A stretch of DNA of 64,000 bases from Candidatus Hermodarchaeota archaeon (GCA_048885525.1 JBHLLP010000013.1:1-64000); one strand, 5' to 3'; positions 10,516 to 20,132 are shown, counted from the stretch's first letter. Numbers and translations are program-made. Notes: generated from the letters alone by a model not told the origin.

Positions 10516-11592
10516 TTAATGAATAATTGCTGGATAAGTTTCTTTGAAATAGCTTAATACAGTATCTGTAAATAATTCTAAAGATTGGAAGTAATTACCT
10601 ACTCCAAATACTTCAATTAAAAAATGCTCTACACCTGCTTCAATGAATTCCTCTATTTGCTCAATACAATCTTCTGGGTTGCCAGAAATGATCATTGAAT
10701 CAATAAGTTCCTCTGGAATGTTTTCCTTAGCAAACTCTGTTGCTTCATTCTGTGATTTAGCCATGTCTGACAAAGTTTCATTAATTACTCGATGGTGAAA
10801 TTTTTCAGGAACCTTTATGTTGTAATCTTCAAGAATATGTGAATTTACACTCATAGCAAGACCAAATGATTTTCCCATCTCTCGTGCGATATCTGGTTTA
10901 TCTTTACTTACTACAACAAATACTTCGCAAGCTTTTTCAATTTCATCCAATCTTCCTGCTTTTCCTAATATATTTAACCGTTTCTTAAATGATTGCGCAT
11001 TGCATATTGGAAGCCAACCATCCGCAACAAGTCCTGTAAACTCAATCAATCTTGGACCATTAGCAGCGATCCACAATTTTGGCAAATTTTTAGTTGGATA
11101 TTGTAATCGGGCATCCTTCAAGTTATAAAATTTACCTGTATAATCAACTCTTCCTTTTCTTGATTGAGTAGTTTTCCATAATTTTTTTATTATTTCAACA
11201 GCTTCAATTAATCTTGTTGCTGGTTTATCCCATTTAATTCCAAATTCATTTAAATTCATTGCTTCTCCAGCACCAATTCCTAGGATAAAACGATCATTAC
11301 TCAACCTTTGAATTGTAAGTGCATCTAATGCTATTTGAGCTGGATGTCTTCTATGAGGATCCGTGACACATGATCCTATTTTTACTTTTTCCGTCTGTGA
11401 AGCAGCAATAGGTATTATTACATTACTACTAACTACTTCAGCATTAATAGGAGATGAATTTAAATGATCCATCATAAAAATTGAGTCATATCCATTTTTT
11501 TCACAATACTGAATTGATTTTAAATATTCTTCTGTTTTTAATCCTAGATATGCAGCATTTGTTCCATGCTGAAAACCAAATTTAACACTCAT
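10516..11592 (-). CDS. LLM-class (luciferase-like, probably F420-dependent) oxidoreductase
   Basis: DH motif, RHPAQIA, RFILGIGAGE, AANGPR and ADGWLP. Confidence 0.85.
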   Translation of the reverse strand: MSVKFGFQHGTNAAYLGLKTEEYLKSIQYCEKNGYDSIFMMDHLNSSPINAEVVSSNVIIPIAASQTEKVKIGSCVTDPHRRHPAQIALDALTIQRLSNDRFILGIGAGEAMNLNEFGIKWDKPATRLIEAVEIIKKLWKTTQSRKGRVDYTGKFYNLKDARLQYPTKNLPKLWIAANGPRLIEFTGLVADGWLPICNAQSFKKRLNILGKAGRLDEIEKACEVFVVVSKDKPDIAREMGKSFGLAMSVNSHILEDYNIKVPEKFHHRVINETLSDMAKSQNEATEFAKENIPEELIDSMIISGNPEDCIEQIEEFIEAGVEHFLIEVFGVGNYFQSLELFTDTVLSYFKETYPAIIH

Positions 11593-11798
11593 AATTATGA
11601 TCCCTCAATTTGTTTGATTACAGTGGATATACTTTTTTATTTTATATTATAATAAGTATAATATTTTGAGGATTCTTTAAAATATTTTTACAGTTTTGAA
11701 TAAATAAAATCTAATGTGAAAATGCAATATATTAATATGAATAAAATCTAATTTCCATAGTAATCTAAGTTTATTACTCATAAATTAGAGATTAAAAC

Positions 11799-12701
11799 GT
11801 GATAAAAATGTCAGAACAAGATTTATCAAAAAAATTGATAATCAGTGCTGCTCTCACAGGAGCAGTAACCAATAGAGATATGAATCCTAATGTCCCCTTT
11901 ACTGCAGAAGAATTTGGAGATGAAGTAAAAAAATGTTATGAAGCTGGAGCAGCAATAGTGCACATCCATGCGAGAGATCCAGAAAAAGGTAATCCTACTC
12001 ATGAACTTGAAATTATAGGTGCCATACTTGATAATATAAAAGAAAAAGCTCCAGATATATTAATTAATCTAAGTACCGCAATTAGTTCAATTGTGTCTCC
12101 TAAACAAAGAATTGAGCCTATTAAAACATTTAAACCACCTATAGCTTCATTAAATACTAATTCAATGAATTTTGCAGTAGGAGATCATAAAACTGGACAA
12201 GTTGGACTTGGTGCTAAAAATATTTTTGAAAACACTTTTGATACAATCCAAAAATTTGCAAAAGCAATGCAAAAAGCGGAAACAAAACCAGAAATCGAAG
12301 TATACGATATTGGTGGAATGTATAATATTTTACATTTAGCAAAACAACAACCTAAAAGAATACTGGATCCTCCACTTCACTTTCAGTTTGTATTCGGCGT
12401 TTTAGGAGGAATACCGTTTTCTTATGAAAATTTAGCACATCTTATTAACCTAAAACCTCCGGATGCTACTTGGAGTGTCTGTGGTGTATCTAAAAATCAA
12501 TTTCAAGCCGCAATGTGTGCTGCTGCTATGGATGGTCATATTAGGGTTGGATTAGAAGATAATACAAGATTACCTAATGGTCAATTAGCCAAAGGAAGTT
12601 GGGAACAAGTTGAATGGGCAGCGAAGGTAGCACGTCTAGTAAATCGCGAACCAGCAACTCCCGCTGAAGCAAGAAAAATACTTAATTTATATCAGCAGTA
12701 G
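11799..12701 (+). CDS. Beta-keto acid cleavage enzyme (Kce/BKACE, DUF849)
   Basis: IISAALTGA, HIHARD and HIRVGLEDN motifs. The likely start is the ATG three codons into the ORF. Confidence 0.92.
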   Translation: MIKMSEQDLSKKLIISAALTGAVTNRDMNPNVPFTAEEFGDEVKKCYEAGAAIVHIHARDPEKGNPTHELEIIGAILDNIKEKAPDILINLSTAISSIVSPKQRIEPIKTFKPPIASLNTNSMNFAVGDHKTGQVGLGAKNIFENTFDTIQKFAKAMQKAETKPEIEVYDIGGMYNILHLAKQQPKRILDPPLHFQFVFGVLGGIPFSYENLAHLINLKPPDATWSVCGVSKNQFQAAMCAAAMDGHIRVGLEDNTRLPNGQLAKGSWEQVEWAAKVARLVNREPATPAEARKILNLYQQ

Positions 12702-12714
12702 ATTAGATGTATAT

Positions 12715-12752
12715 TTCTTTAATTTTTTTTATTTTTATTTTATCAATTTTTT
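12715..12752 (+). terminator. Oligo-T tracts, probable archaeal intrinsic terminator between convergent genes
   Basis: Several T runs directly after the BKACE stop codon. Confidence 0.4.
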
Positions 12753-12831
12753 GTGATTTAAGAAAAAAATAGGCATATGAATTTAGTCTAAATAAATATA
12801 TATAAAAAATAAAATAAAAAATTATTAAAAA

Positions 12832-13311
12832 TTATACTTCTTCCCAATATACTATATCTTTTAATGTTCCTTCTCGTTTATCTTTAGATCGAAAAATAGC
12901 TTTAACTTTTACTCCAGCAAAATCTTTACTAAGATCACTTGAATTAATCACACCCAGAATTGCACTTGTAGTGCCTTCAATATCTATAAAGGCAACAATT
13001 TTAGGGCTTATCAAATTTTTCCCATTGGCATTCAGTTTTGCTATGGTAAACAACCTAACGGTACCTACGGGAGGTAATTCTTTCCAATTACTATCTGGAA
13101 TTTCTTCAAAGCAATCTTCGCAATATAAACGAGGAGGACAATACACTTTGCTACATTTAGTACACTTACACGCTAAAAATGTATCGTTTTTCATAATATG
13201 CTTGAAAAACTTATCACCAGCAATTCCACTTGGATAAAAGTAATCTGCTTGCATATCCCCTCTCCAGTGCATTGGAGTAGTTGGATCAGTCTGTTTTTCT
13301 AAGAATCCCAT
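12832..13311 (-). CDS. DUF35 Zn-ribbon/OB-fold protein (thiolase/aldolase accessory subunit)
   Basis: CTKC..PPRLYCEDC followed by an OB fold. Start overlaps the upstream stop (TAATG) and has a GGAGGTG SD. Confidence 0.9.
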   Translation of the reverse strand: MGFLEKQTDPTTPMHWRGDMQADYFYPSGIAGDKFFKHIMKNDTFLACKCTKCSKVYCPPRLYCEDCFEEIPDSNWKELPPVGTVRLFTIAKLNANGKNLISPKIVAFIDIEGTTSAILGVINSSDLSKDFAGVKVKAIFRSKDKREGTLKDIVYWEEV

Positions 13312-13862
13312 TAATCTCCACCTCCTTTCAAAGGTTTGAAATATTTAATATCTGTTATAGAACCTTCTCTTTCATTTTCTGGTTTCCAAACTGCTTTCAC
13401 TTTCATCCCTATTTTGATCTCATCTTTAGTCATTTCTCCAAAATAAGTCATAAAGCCATGATGTGGAGGTGTACCGTCAAGATCAACCACTCCTACAAGA
13501 ATTGGGTCTTCAATTCTACGAGCATCGGGATCAAGATATGATATTGAAAATGTTTCTATAATTCCTGTATCTGGTAACTCTACCCATTCTTCTGTTGGTC
13601 CAAAGCAATATTCACAGAACATTCTTGGGGGTACTATAATTCTTTTACATCGTTTGCAATGGATTCCATAAATTTTACCTTCCTTTAACCCCATTAAAAA
13701 CTTACTCATTGCTGGACCTAAAGACCAACTATATTGAACTTCAGGTTCCCACCATGTATAGGTAATTTTTTTCTCATAAATATCTTTTTCATGAACATGA
13801 GTACCTGGAGCATATGGAGGCCACTCCTTATATTCTTTCTTTTCTACCATCTTTTTTATCAC
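13311..13862 (-). CDS. DUF35 Zn-ribbon/OB-fold protein
   Basis: CKRC..PPRMFCEYC and IGMKVKAVW. The likely start is the ATG at 13850, behind a GAGGTG SD. Confidence 0.9.
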   Translation of the reverse strand: MIKKMVEKKEYKEWPPYAPGTHVHEKDIYEKKITYTWWEPEVQYSWSLGPAMSKFLMGLKEGKIYGIHCKRCKRIIVPPRMFCEYCFGPTEEWVELPDTGIIETFSISYLDPDARRIEDPILVGVVDLDGTPPHHGFMTYFGEMTKDEIKIGMKVKAVWKPENEREGSITDIKYFKPLKGGGD

Positions 13863-13871
13863 CTCTTTAAT

Positions 13872-15035
13872 TTAACCTCTCCGAAGAGCGATTACAGTTC
13901 CCATTTGCATAATATCGCCCCAAGCTTGTGCAACACCAATTCTTGGGTCACCTGGGATTTGCCTTTTTCCTGCTACGCCTTTTAACTGCCAGTATAATTC
14001 ACAAACTTTCTGACCCATCGTTGCGGCTATTGGATTGCCAACGCCTAATAACCCTCCAGAAGGACAAATTGGAAGATCACCATCTCGTTGTGTAACTCCT
14101 TCTCTTGTAAGGATAGGAGCTTCACCTTTTTTACACAATAGTAAACCTTCCATATGATGTAATTCCTTATATGAGAATGGATCATATGGTTCAGCAAAAT
14201 CGATTTCTTTTCTCGGATTTTCAATCTTAGCCATTTTATAACACATTTTAGCAGCTTGAGCAACATAACGAGGGAAATACAAATCCCTATTGGTCCACAT
14301 TGTACTATCGATACTCCAACCAGTTCCAGCTACATAAATAGGATCATCAGTATATTTATGTACTATATCTTTATTACAAAATATTAATGCTGCAGCACCA
14401 TCACTAGGTGGACTAATATCCAATCTGTTTACAGGCCAAGCCATGATTTCAGAATTCAAAACATCTTCTACTGTGATGTTTGGATCCGCTAATTGAGCAG
14501 AAGGATGACCAACCGCATTTCTTTTATTTTTAACTGAAACTAACGCGATATCTTCTTTTTTAATGCCATGAACAGTCATATAACGATTCATTTCCATGGC
14601 AAACAACCATACAAGATTTGGAGTAAGAGGTCTATCTAAGATAGGATCCCAAATATGCCTGAAAGCTGTTTGCGGATGAGGATAACAATTACCCATTTTT
14701 TCTTCACACACAACTAAACATATATCAGCAACACCAGAAGCTACATGCCACCATCCCGCGATTGGAGCAAATACTCCAGTACCTCCACCATTAAATACTC
14801 TAACATATGGTTTACCTACTGCTGCTGATCCATCTATAAGGTTTTCTCCTTTCATGTGGATACCATCGAAGGCATCAGGAGCACTACCCATAACAACCAT
14901 ATCAATATCATCTTTTTCTAAGCCGGAATCTTCCATTGCCATTTTCGTAGCTAAATAAGAAAGTTCTTTTCCAGTTTCTTTTAAATGCCTACGGAAAAGG
15001 GTCATACCGGCTCCTATAACTGCTACTTCTTTCAT
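13872..15035 (-). CDS. SCP-x-type thiolase-fold protein lacking the catalytic Cys (Ltp3-like aldolase candidate)
   Basis: VAVIGAG, SDGAAA, EPYDPF and SGGLLGVGNP motifs. The nucleophile position reads GGGTG. Strong GAGGTG SD. Confidence 0.85.
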   Translation of the reverse strand: MKEVAVIGAGMTLFRRHLKETGKELSYLATKMAMEDSGLEKDDIDMVVMGSAPDAFDGIHMKGENLIDGSAAVGKPYVRVFNGGGTGVFAPIAGWWHVASGVADICLVVCEEKMGNCYPHPQTAFRHIWDPILDRPLTPNLVWLFAMEMNRYMTVHGIKKEDIALVSVKNKRNAVGHPSAQLADPNITVEDVLNSEIMAWPVNRLDISPPSDGAAALIFCNKDIVHKYTDDPIYVAGTGWSIDSTMWTNRDLYFPRYVAQAAKMCYKMAKIENPRKEIDFAEPYDPFSYKELHHMEGLLLCKKGEAPILTREGVTQRDGDLPICPSGGLLGVGNPIAATMGQKVCELYWQLKGVAGKRQIPGDPRIGVAQAWGDIMQMGTVIALRRG

Positions 15036-15050
15036 TTTTTTAACACCTCT

Positions 15051-16307
15051 TTATCCCCTCTTGAAAATTGCTACTGCTCCACTCCCAGAAGGAATGCCTC
15101 TCCATGCTTGAGCAAGTCCGACTTCTGCATCAGCCACTTGTCTTTTAGCAGCATGTCCACGAAGTTGCATAACAATTTCAAGAGCTTTTTGTATCCCTGT
15201 CGCTTCAAAACAATTTCCTACGCCTAAAGAACCACCGGACGTATTTGTAGGAAGTGAACCATTAATTTCTAATGCTCCTTCTTCAATTAATTGTTTTGCT
15301 TCACCAGGTCTGGCAAGACCTAATGCCTCTAGATGTTGAAGTTCCTTATAGGAAAATCTATCATCAACTTCAACAACATCAATTTCTTCTCTAGGTTCAG
15401 AAATCTTAGCCATCTTGTAGGCCATTTTTGCTGCTGTAGTAGCATAGCCCGCATTCATTCCTCTTGTACCTATCCAAGGAGTTTCTGAAGAGTATCCAAA
15501 ACCAGCCAAATAAATTGGTTCAATACCTAGATTCTTTGCTGTTTCATCATCAGCTAGAACAAAACATACTGCCCCATCAACATTAGGGCTGATGTCTAAT
15601 CTTTTAACGGGTTTGAAGAGATATTCAGATTTCATTACATCCTCAATTGAAATTTGAGCTTCATAATCAGCATATGGATTAAAAAATGCATTTTTCTTAT
15701 TCTTTACAACAACAGCAGCACATTGTTCTTCTGTGGTTCCTGTTGTTTTTAAATAATGTTGCATTTCTAATCCCGCCATAAAGTAAGGATGAATTCTTTC
15801 TTTTTCATCAGAACTTCCTACTAATGGTTTTGGAGCTTGTGGAGTGTATTCAGGACTTCCTCCATAATTAGGTCTCTCAACGGGTCCCGAAATAGGGCGT
15901 TCAAATCGGGGATCAAAAGCATGTAACATTATGTCTCCAAAAGTTAATAGATCCGAAATCTTGCTATGTGCTTCTACGGCTACAACATTAATATGTCCAG
16001 TTTTAATTTGCATGTAAGCATTGGCTAATCCAAAAAGTCCATCCCCACATACAGTACAGCAAGGTCTTAGGAGTGCCCCTACTTGATCTGGTACAAATTC
16101 ATCAAAAATACTGAAACCTTCCCAATAATCCTCCGCACATGTTATGAAACTATTGACATCTTTTCTAACATCGATACCTGCATCAACGTAAGCTTTCTTA
16201 CAAGCTTCATACATTATTTCTTTCCATTGTATATCTGGAGTTATCGAATTAAAATTTGTATAACCAATACCAATAACGCATACTTGTCTATCTGCCATTT
16301 TCATCAA
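15051..16307 (-). CDS. SCP-x-type thiolase-fold protein (Ltp4-like partner subunit)
   Basis: VDGAVCFVLA, EVDDRFSYKEL, NTSGGSLGVGN and AQAWRG motifs. First gene of a four-gene operon. Confidence 0.85.
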   Translation of the reverse strand: MMKMADRQVCVIGIGYTNFNSITPDIQWKEIMYEACKKAYVDAGIDVRKDVNSFITCAEDYWEGFSIFDEFVPDQVGALLRPCCTVCGDGLFGLANAYMQIKTGHINVVAVEAHSKISDLLTFGDIMLHAFDPRFERPISGPVERPNYGGSPEYTPQAPKPLVGSSDEKERIHPYFMAGLEMQHYLKTTGTTEEQCAAVVVKNKKNAFFNPYADYEAQISIEDVMKSEYLFKPVKRLDISPNVDGAVCFVLADDETAKNLGIEPIYLAGFGYSSETPWIGTRGMNAGYATTAAKMAYKMAKISEPREEIDVVEVDDRFSYKELQHLEALGLARPGEAKQLIEEGALEINGSLPTNTSGGSLGVGNCFEATGIQKALEIVMQLRGHAAKRQVADAEVGLAQAWRGIPSGSGAVAIFKRG

Positions 16308-16503
16308 TTTTCTTTTCTTTTTTTAAATTGAATTTTCAATACTTTTTTGTAGTTAGATTTTGTTTATTATAGATTTGATATTTTATTCTTATGTTTTATT
16401 TTGATTAAAAACTTTCTAATTGATTGAATTAAACTGGATGGGAAAAATATCCTATTTGAATGAGAAGAAAATTTAAAATCATAAGAAAATTGACTTATTT
16501 ATT

Positions 16504-17796
16504 ATGGATACAAGACTCCCGGAATTTCCAAAAATAGAAATTAGTCGAAGCATTCCTGAATTGGACTTATTAAACAACCCAATCCTTAATGTAAAAGAAA
16601 AGGAGTTTTTAGCTGAATTTTTTGAGTATATGGAAGAGACTCTTGAGAAAGATTTACTTTTATTAGAAGAGTTAAATTATTCAGCTGAGGAACCAATTCA
16701 AGAAAAGAAGCGTGAAATAGTAATTAATTTTATGAAAAAATTAGCAGAGAAAGGATACTATAGTACAGTGATAGATTTTGAACCTCACGAGGTTGGGAAT
16801 GTTACTAGAAATGCTCTTATTGCATTAGCTTTATGCGGAGGATTTTGGTCTCCTAATGCAGATAGATATGTGAATGGTAACTGGAGTATTGAAATGGGTA
16901 GACTAGCAGGAGGAACTCTTTATTGCAATCCTGTGAATTACAAAGCTAATGAATATCAAAGAGAGAAATATCTTATACCTGTTGTAAAAAATGGGTTAAT
17001 GGCAGCTTCTGCTATGACTGAATTTAATGCTGGTAGTGATATCGTAAGAATTGAGTTAAGACTTGATGATCAAGGAAATAAAGTAATAGCAAATGGCAAA
17101 AAACTTTTTATTACCAATGGCATGTTGGCAGAAAACATTATCCTTTACGGTCGACTAAATAGTGGACGATTAGGTGGTATAATAGTAGATACAGAGCATC
17201 AACAACTGAAAAATTTCGATTCTTCGAGAGTTAGAACTTATGGAATGAATGATGCCTTTGTCAGTCGATTAGTATTCAATGATGTTGAGCTTCCCAAAGA
17301 AAATCTTTTAGAAGGAGATGGGTTAGACATTATGTTTCATCAGTTAACTGAAGAAAGATTAGTTATCAGTGCAGAAGCTATAGGTGATTGTATTAAAAAG
17401 CTATTTTATTCTCATAGTTTCGCCCTTCAACGTGAACAGTTCAAACACAAATTACATCAATATCAAATTATTAGATTTCCAATTACAGAAAATATGCGTC
17501 AAACAAATTTATTTCTTTCAGCATTAATCAACTATGCTCGAGAAATTGATACACATCCACAATCAGCCAGTTCTAAATTAATGGCTAATCAAGCTATGGG
17601 ACTAAAAATACAATCATGTGAATTAGCTTTTCAAAGTTCAATAGATTTATATAGAACTATGGGCGGTCGTGCTTTTACAGAGCAATATTGTAATCAATTT
17701 GGGTTATTAGACGCTTTTTGTATGGTACATGGAGGAGGTTCACACTATATCTTGGGTGATGCCGAATCTAGAAGATTCTTTAAGACTAAAGATTAA
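16504..17796 (+). CDS. Acyl-CoA dehydrogenase (divergent)
   Basis: AMTEFNAGSD, NGKKLFITNG, LTEERL, REQF and MGGRAF motifs. Confidence 0.87.
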   Translation: MDTRLPEFPKIEISRSIPELDLLNNPILNVKEKEFLAEFFEYMEETLEKDLLLLEELNYSAEEPIQEKKREIVINFMKKLAEKGYYSTVIDFEPHEVGNVTRNALIALALCGGFWSPNADRYVNGNWSIEMGRLAGGTLYCNPVNYKANEYQREKYLIPVVKNGLMAASAMTEFNAGSDIVRIELRLDDQGNKVIANGKKLFITNGMLAENIILYGRLNSGRLGGIIVDTEHQQLKNFDSSRVRTYGMNDAFVSRLVFNDVELPKENLLEGDGLDIMFHQLTEERLVISAEAIGDCIKKLFYSHSFALQREQFKHKLHQYQIIRFPITENMRQTNLFLSALINYAREIDTHPQSASSKLMANQAMGLKIQSCELAFQSSIDLYRTMGGRAFTEQYCNQFGLLDAFCMVHGGGSHYILGDAESRRFFKTKD

Positions 17797-17840
17797 TACA
17801 ACAATTAAATTTCTTTTTATTAAAAAAAATTGGACCTATC

Positions 17841-18482
17841 TTGAAGGAAGATTTGGATATTGTTAAACTTAACAAAGAAGCTTGGGATAACGCTGCTGAA
17901 TCATATAACCAAGAATCTCATGGGAATATTTATTCCCTTTTTAATTATTTTTGTGAAAATCTCCCCAAAAAAGGATATATTTTAGATTTGGGATCAGGAA
18001 CAGGACTACCTTATGCAAAGTTACTGACAGAAAAAGGTTTTGATGTCTTAGGTATTGATTTATCCTCCGAGATGATAAAAATTTCGAAAAAGAATGTGCC
18101 CTCCGCTAAATTTAAAGAAATGTCTATGACAGACTTAAATTTTAAAAATGAATTTGATGGAATATTCTCTTCATACTCTATGTTATTACTTAATCCAAAG
18201 TTATTTAAGGAAACAGCAAGAAAAATAGTACAAGCTTTAAAAACAGGGGGTCTATTTTATCTTTGTTTAAATGCACCGTGGATAGAAGGGATTGACATAG
18301 ATAAGGATGTAATAATTGAATTTAAAGGTAGAAAAATGTATTCCAGACCATATTCTATGAAAGAAATTCTAGATATCTTTATCCCATTAGGAATGAAGCT
18401 TCTAAAATTCAAAAATGAGATTATAACTTCTGAAACATGGGGAAAAGAAAATATGAATACCTTTATTTTTAAGTTAGAATAG
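17841..18482 (+). CDS. Class I SAM-dependent methyltransferase
   Basis: ILDLGSGTG, GIDLSSEMI and LKTGG motifs. Confidence 0.9.
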   Translation: MKEDLDIVKLNKEAWDNAAESYNQESHGNIYSLFNYFCENLPKKGYILDLGSGTGLPYAKLLTEKGFDVLGIDLSSEMIKISKKNVPSAKFKEMSMTDLNFKNEFDGIFSSYSMLLLNPKLFKETARKIVQALKTGGLFYLCLNAPWIEGIDIDKDVIIEFKGRKMYSRPYSMKEILDIFIPLGMKLLKFKNEIITSETWGKENMNTFIFKLE

Positions 18483-18562
18483 AAACCTCTTCTATTATTA
18501 ATTTTACTATAAATCTTAAGAGAATATGTTATTAAATAAAAAATCTTAATTAGTGATAGATA

Positions 18563-19534
18563 ATGGATTACTTCAAATTCGAAAGCTTCGATATTACTCC
18601 ATTAGTTGAAGAACATAAAGGAAAATCCCTCGAGGAGTTATATCAAAATCAACGTGTTATTAAAAACTATATGGGTGAATTTATCGAATTTTATTGGGAA
18701 TTAGAAGATATTGCGTATGATATAAACTTAAATAAGACGAGGAAAAAATTACTAAATAACCTTAAAGCAGTAAATTTTATAGGGGATTATATAGAACAAA
18801 AACTAAAGCAAAGAGGAATAAAGACTCTAACAGACTTAAAGTTTAATTTGAATTTTAGTAAGGCCGCTACTCAAATTCTAACTTTGATACAAAATAAGGA
18901 TTATAAAACACTTACAAAAAATAAGTATGTTACTGATTTAGATGTGAGTTTTTGTTTTAATCTCGAAGATTTCTTATTCTTAGACATTGAGACACTTGGT
19001 ATAATTGATAGCCCTGTGATAATAGTAGGTGTTGGCTATTTTAAGAATAAAAAGTTTAAAATAAGCATATTTTTCACAAGAAAACTTGAAGACGAGATAG
19101 CAATTTATGAACATCTAAAAACCGAAGTATTTCCATATTTTAAATGTTTTATCACTTATAATGGAAAAACATTTGATATACCATATTTAGCAAATCGATT
19201 CCTATATTTTTTTGATGAAAATCCGATGATTTCAGAAGATGATCCTCCATATGAAAAAAATAATACAAAATTCCATCATATTGATTTATACCATCATTGT
19301 CGTCGTTTATTTAAAGGTAAGTTTAACATATATTCTTTAACAAACATGGAAGAGAATTTGTTGAATTTAACAAGAGAAAGTAGATTACCAAGTAATCTCG
19401 TTGGTCGTTGTTATAGAAAATATAATGAAAATGCTGAAAGATTTATTGGCTTAGTAAAGGAAATTATAGAGCATAATTTTTATGATGTATATTCAATGCC
19501 TTTAATTCTTAGAACATTGCTAACTTGTCTCTAA
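18563..19534 (+). CDS. RNase H-like / DEDD exonuclease (YprB/MrfB-like)
   Basis: FLDIETLG, TYNGKTFDIPYL, HIDL and HNFYDV motifs. Confidence 0.85.
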   Translation: MDYFKFESFDITPLVEEHKGKSLEELYQNQRVIKNYMGEFIEFYWELEDIAYDINLNKTRKKLLNNLKAVNFIGDYIEQKLKQRGIKTLTDLKFNLNFSKAATQILTLIQNKDYKTLTKNKYVTDLDVSFCFNLEDFLFLDIETLGIIDSPVIIVGVGYFKNKKFKISIFFTRKLEDEIAIYEHLKTEVFPYFKCFITYNGKTFDIPYLANRFLYFFDENPMISEDDPPYEKNNTKFHHIDLYHHCRRLFKGKFNIYSLTNMEENLLNLTRESRLPSNLVGRCYRKYNENAERFIGLVKEIIEHNFYDVYSMPLILRTLLTCL

Positions 19535-19551
19535 CAAGAAAATTAGTGAAA

Positions 19552-19944
19552 TCATTTCTTAGCTTTTAAGAAACGTTCCAGAGCTTTATAAATGTCTTCT
19601 TCTTTAAATGGTTTTTTAATATATTCTTTTGCACCCTTCTCTAAAGCGTCAGCAACAGTTACCTCTTGTCCCATTGCACTAACTACAACAATTTTCGCTT
19701 TATTGTTAATCTTCATGATATCTTCAATCGCTTTAATACCATCTGCTTCTGGCATGATCAAATCCATAGTTACTAAATCCGGATTAAATTTCTTGTAAAG
19801 AGCTACAGCATCTACACCGTTTGTCGCTTCTCCTATTACTTCAGCATTTTCAATCTTTTCAACTATTTTTTTAATTCTGTTTCTGATGAAGGTTGCATCA
19901 TCAACGATTAATACTTTTTTATTCCCAGAATTTGGCATCTTCAA
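19552..19944 (-). CDS. Single-domain CheY-like response regulator
   Basis: VDD, MDLIMP, SA and KPF motifs are all intact. Confidence 0.92.
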   Translation of the reverse strand: MKMPNSGNKKVLIVDDATFIRNRIKKIVEKIENAEVIGEATNGVDAVALYKKFNPDLVTMDLIMPEADGIKAIEDIMKINNKAKIVVVSAMGQEVTVADALEKGAKEYIKKPFKEEDIYKALERFLKAKK

Positions 19945-20132
19945 ACTTCCATTTTTGATATTAATTAGCAGTACTTATAAATGAACTTAATTTTTTATTT
20001 TAAATCTTTACATTTCAAAAAGATCTGTATTAACCACACGTAAAACGATATATGCAAAATTCTCGTAAATTGTGAATTTGAGTTATTTAGAAATATAACA
20101 CAAGATTAAATTAATCTTAAAAATTCTTTAAA

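Noticed and set aside
10516-11592. Calling the LLM protein Mer (methylene-H4MPT reductase) to complete the ftr/mtd/mch set
   Set aside because: Only generic LLM motifs are present, it sits in the lipid island, and Mer-specific sequence features were not recognised.
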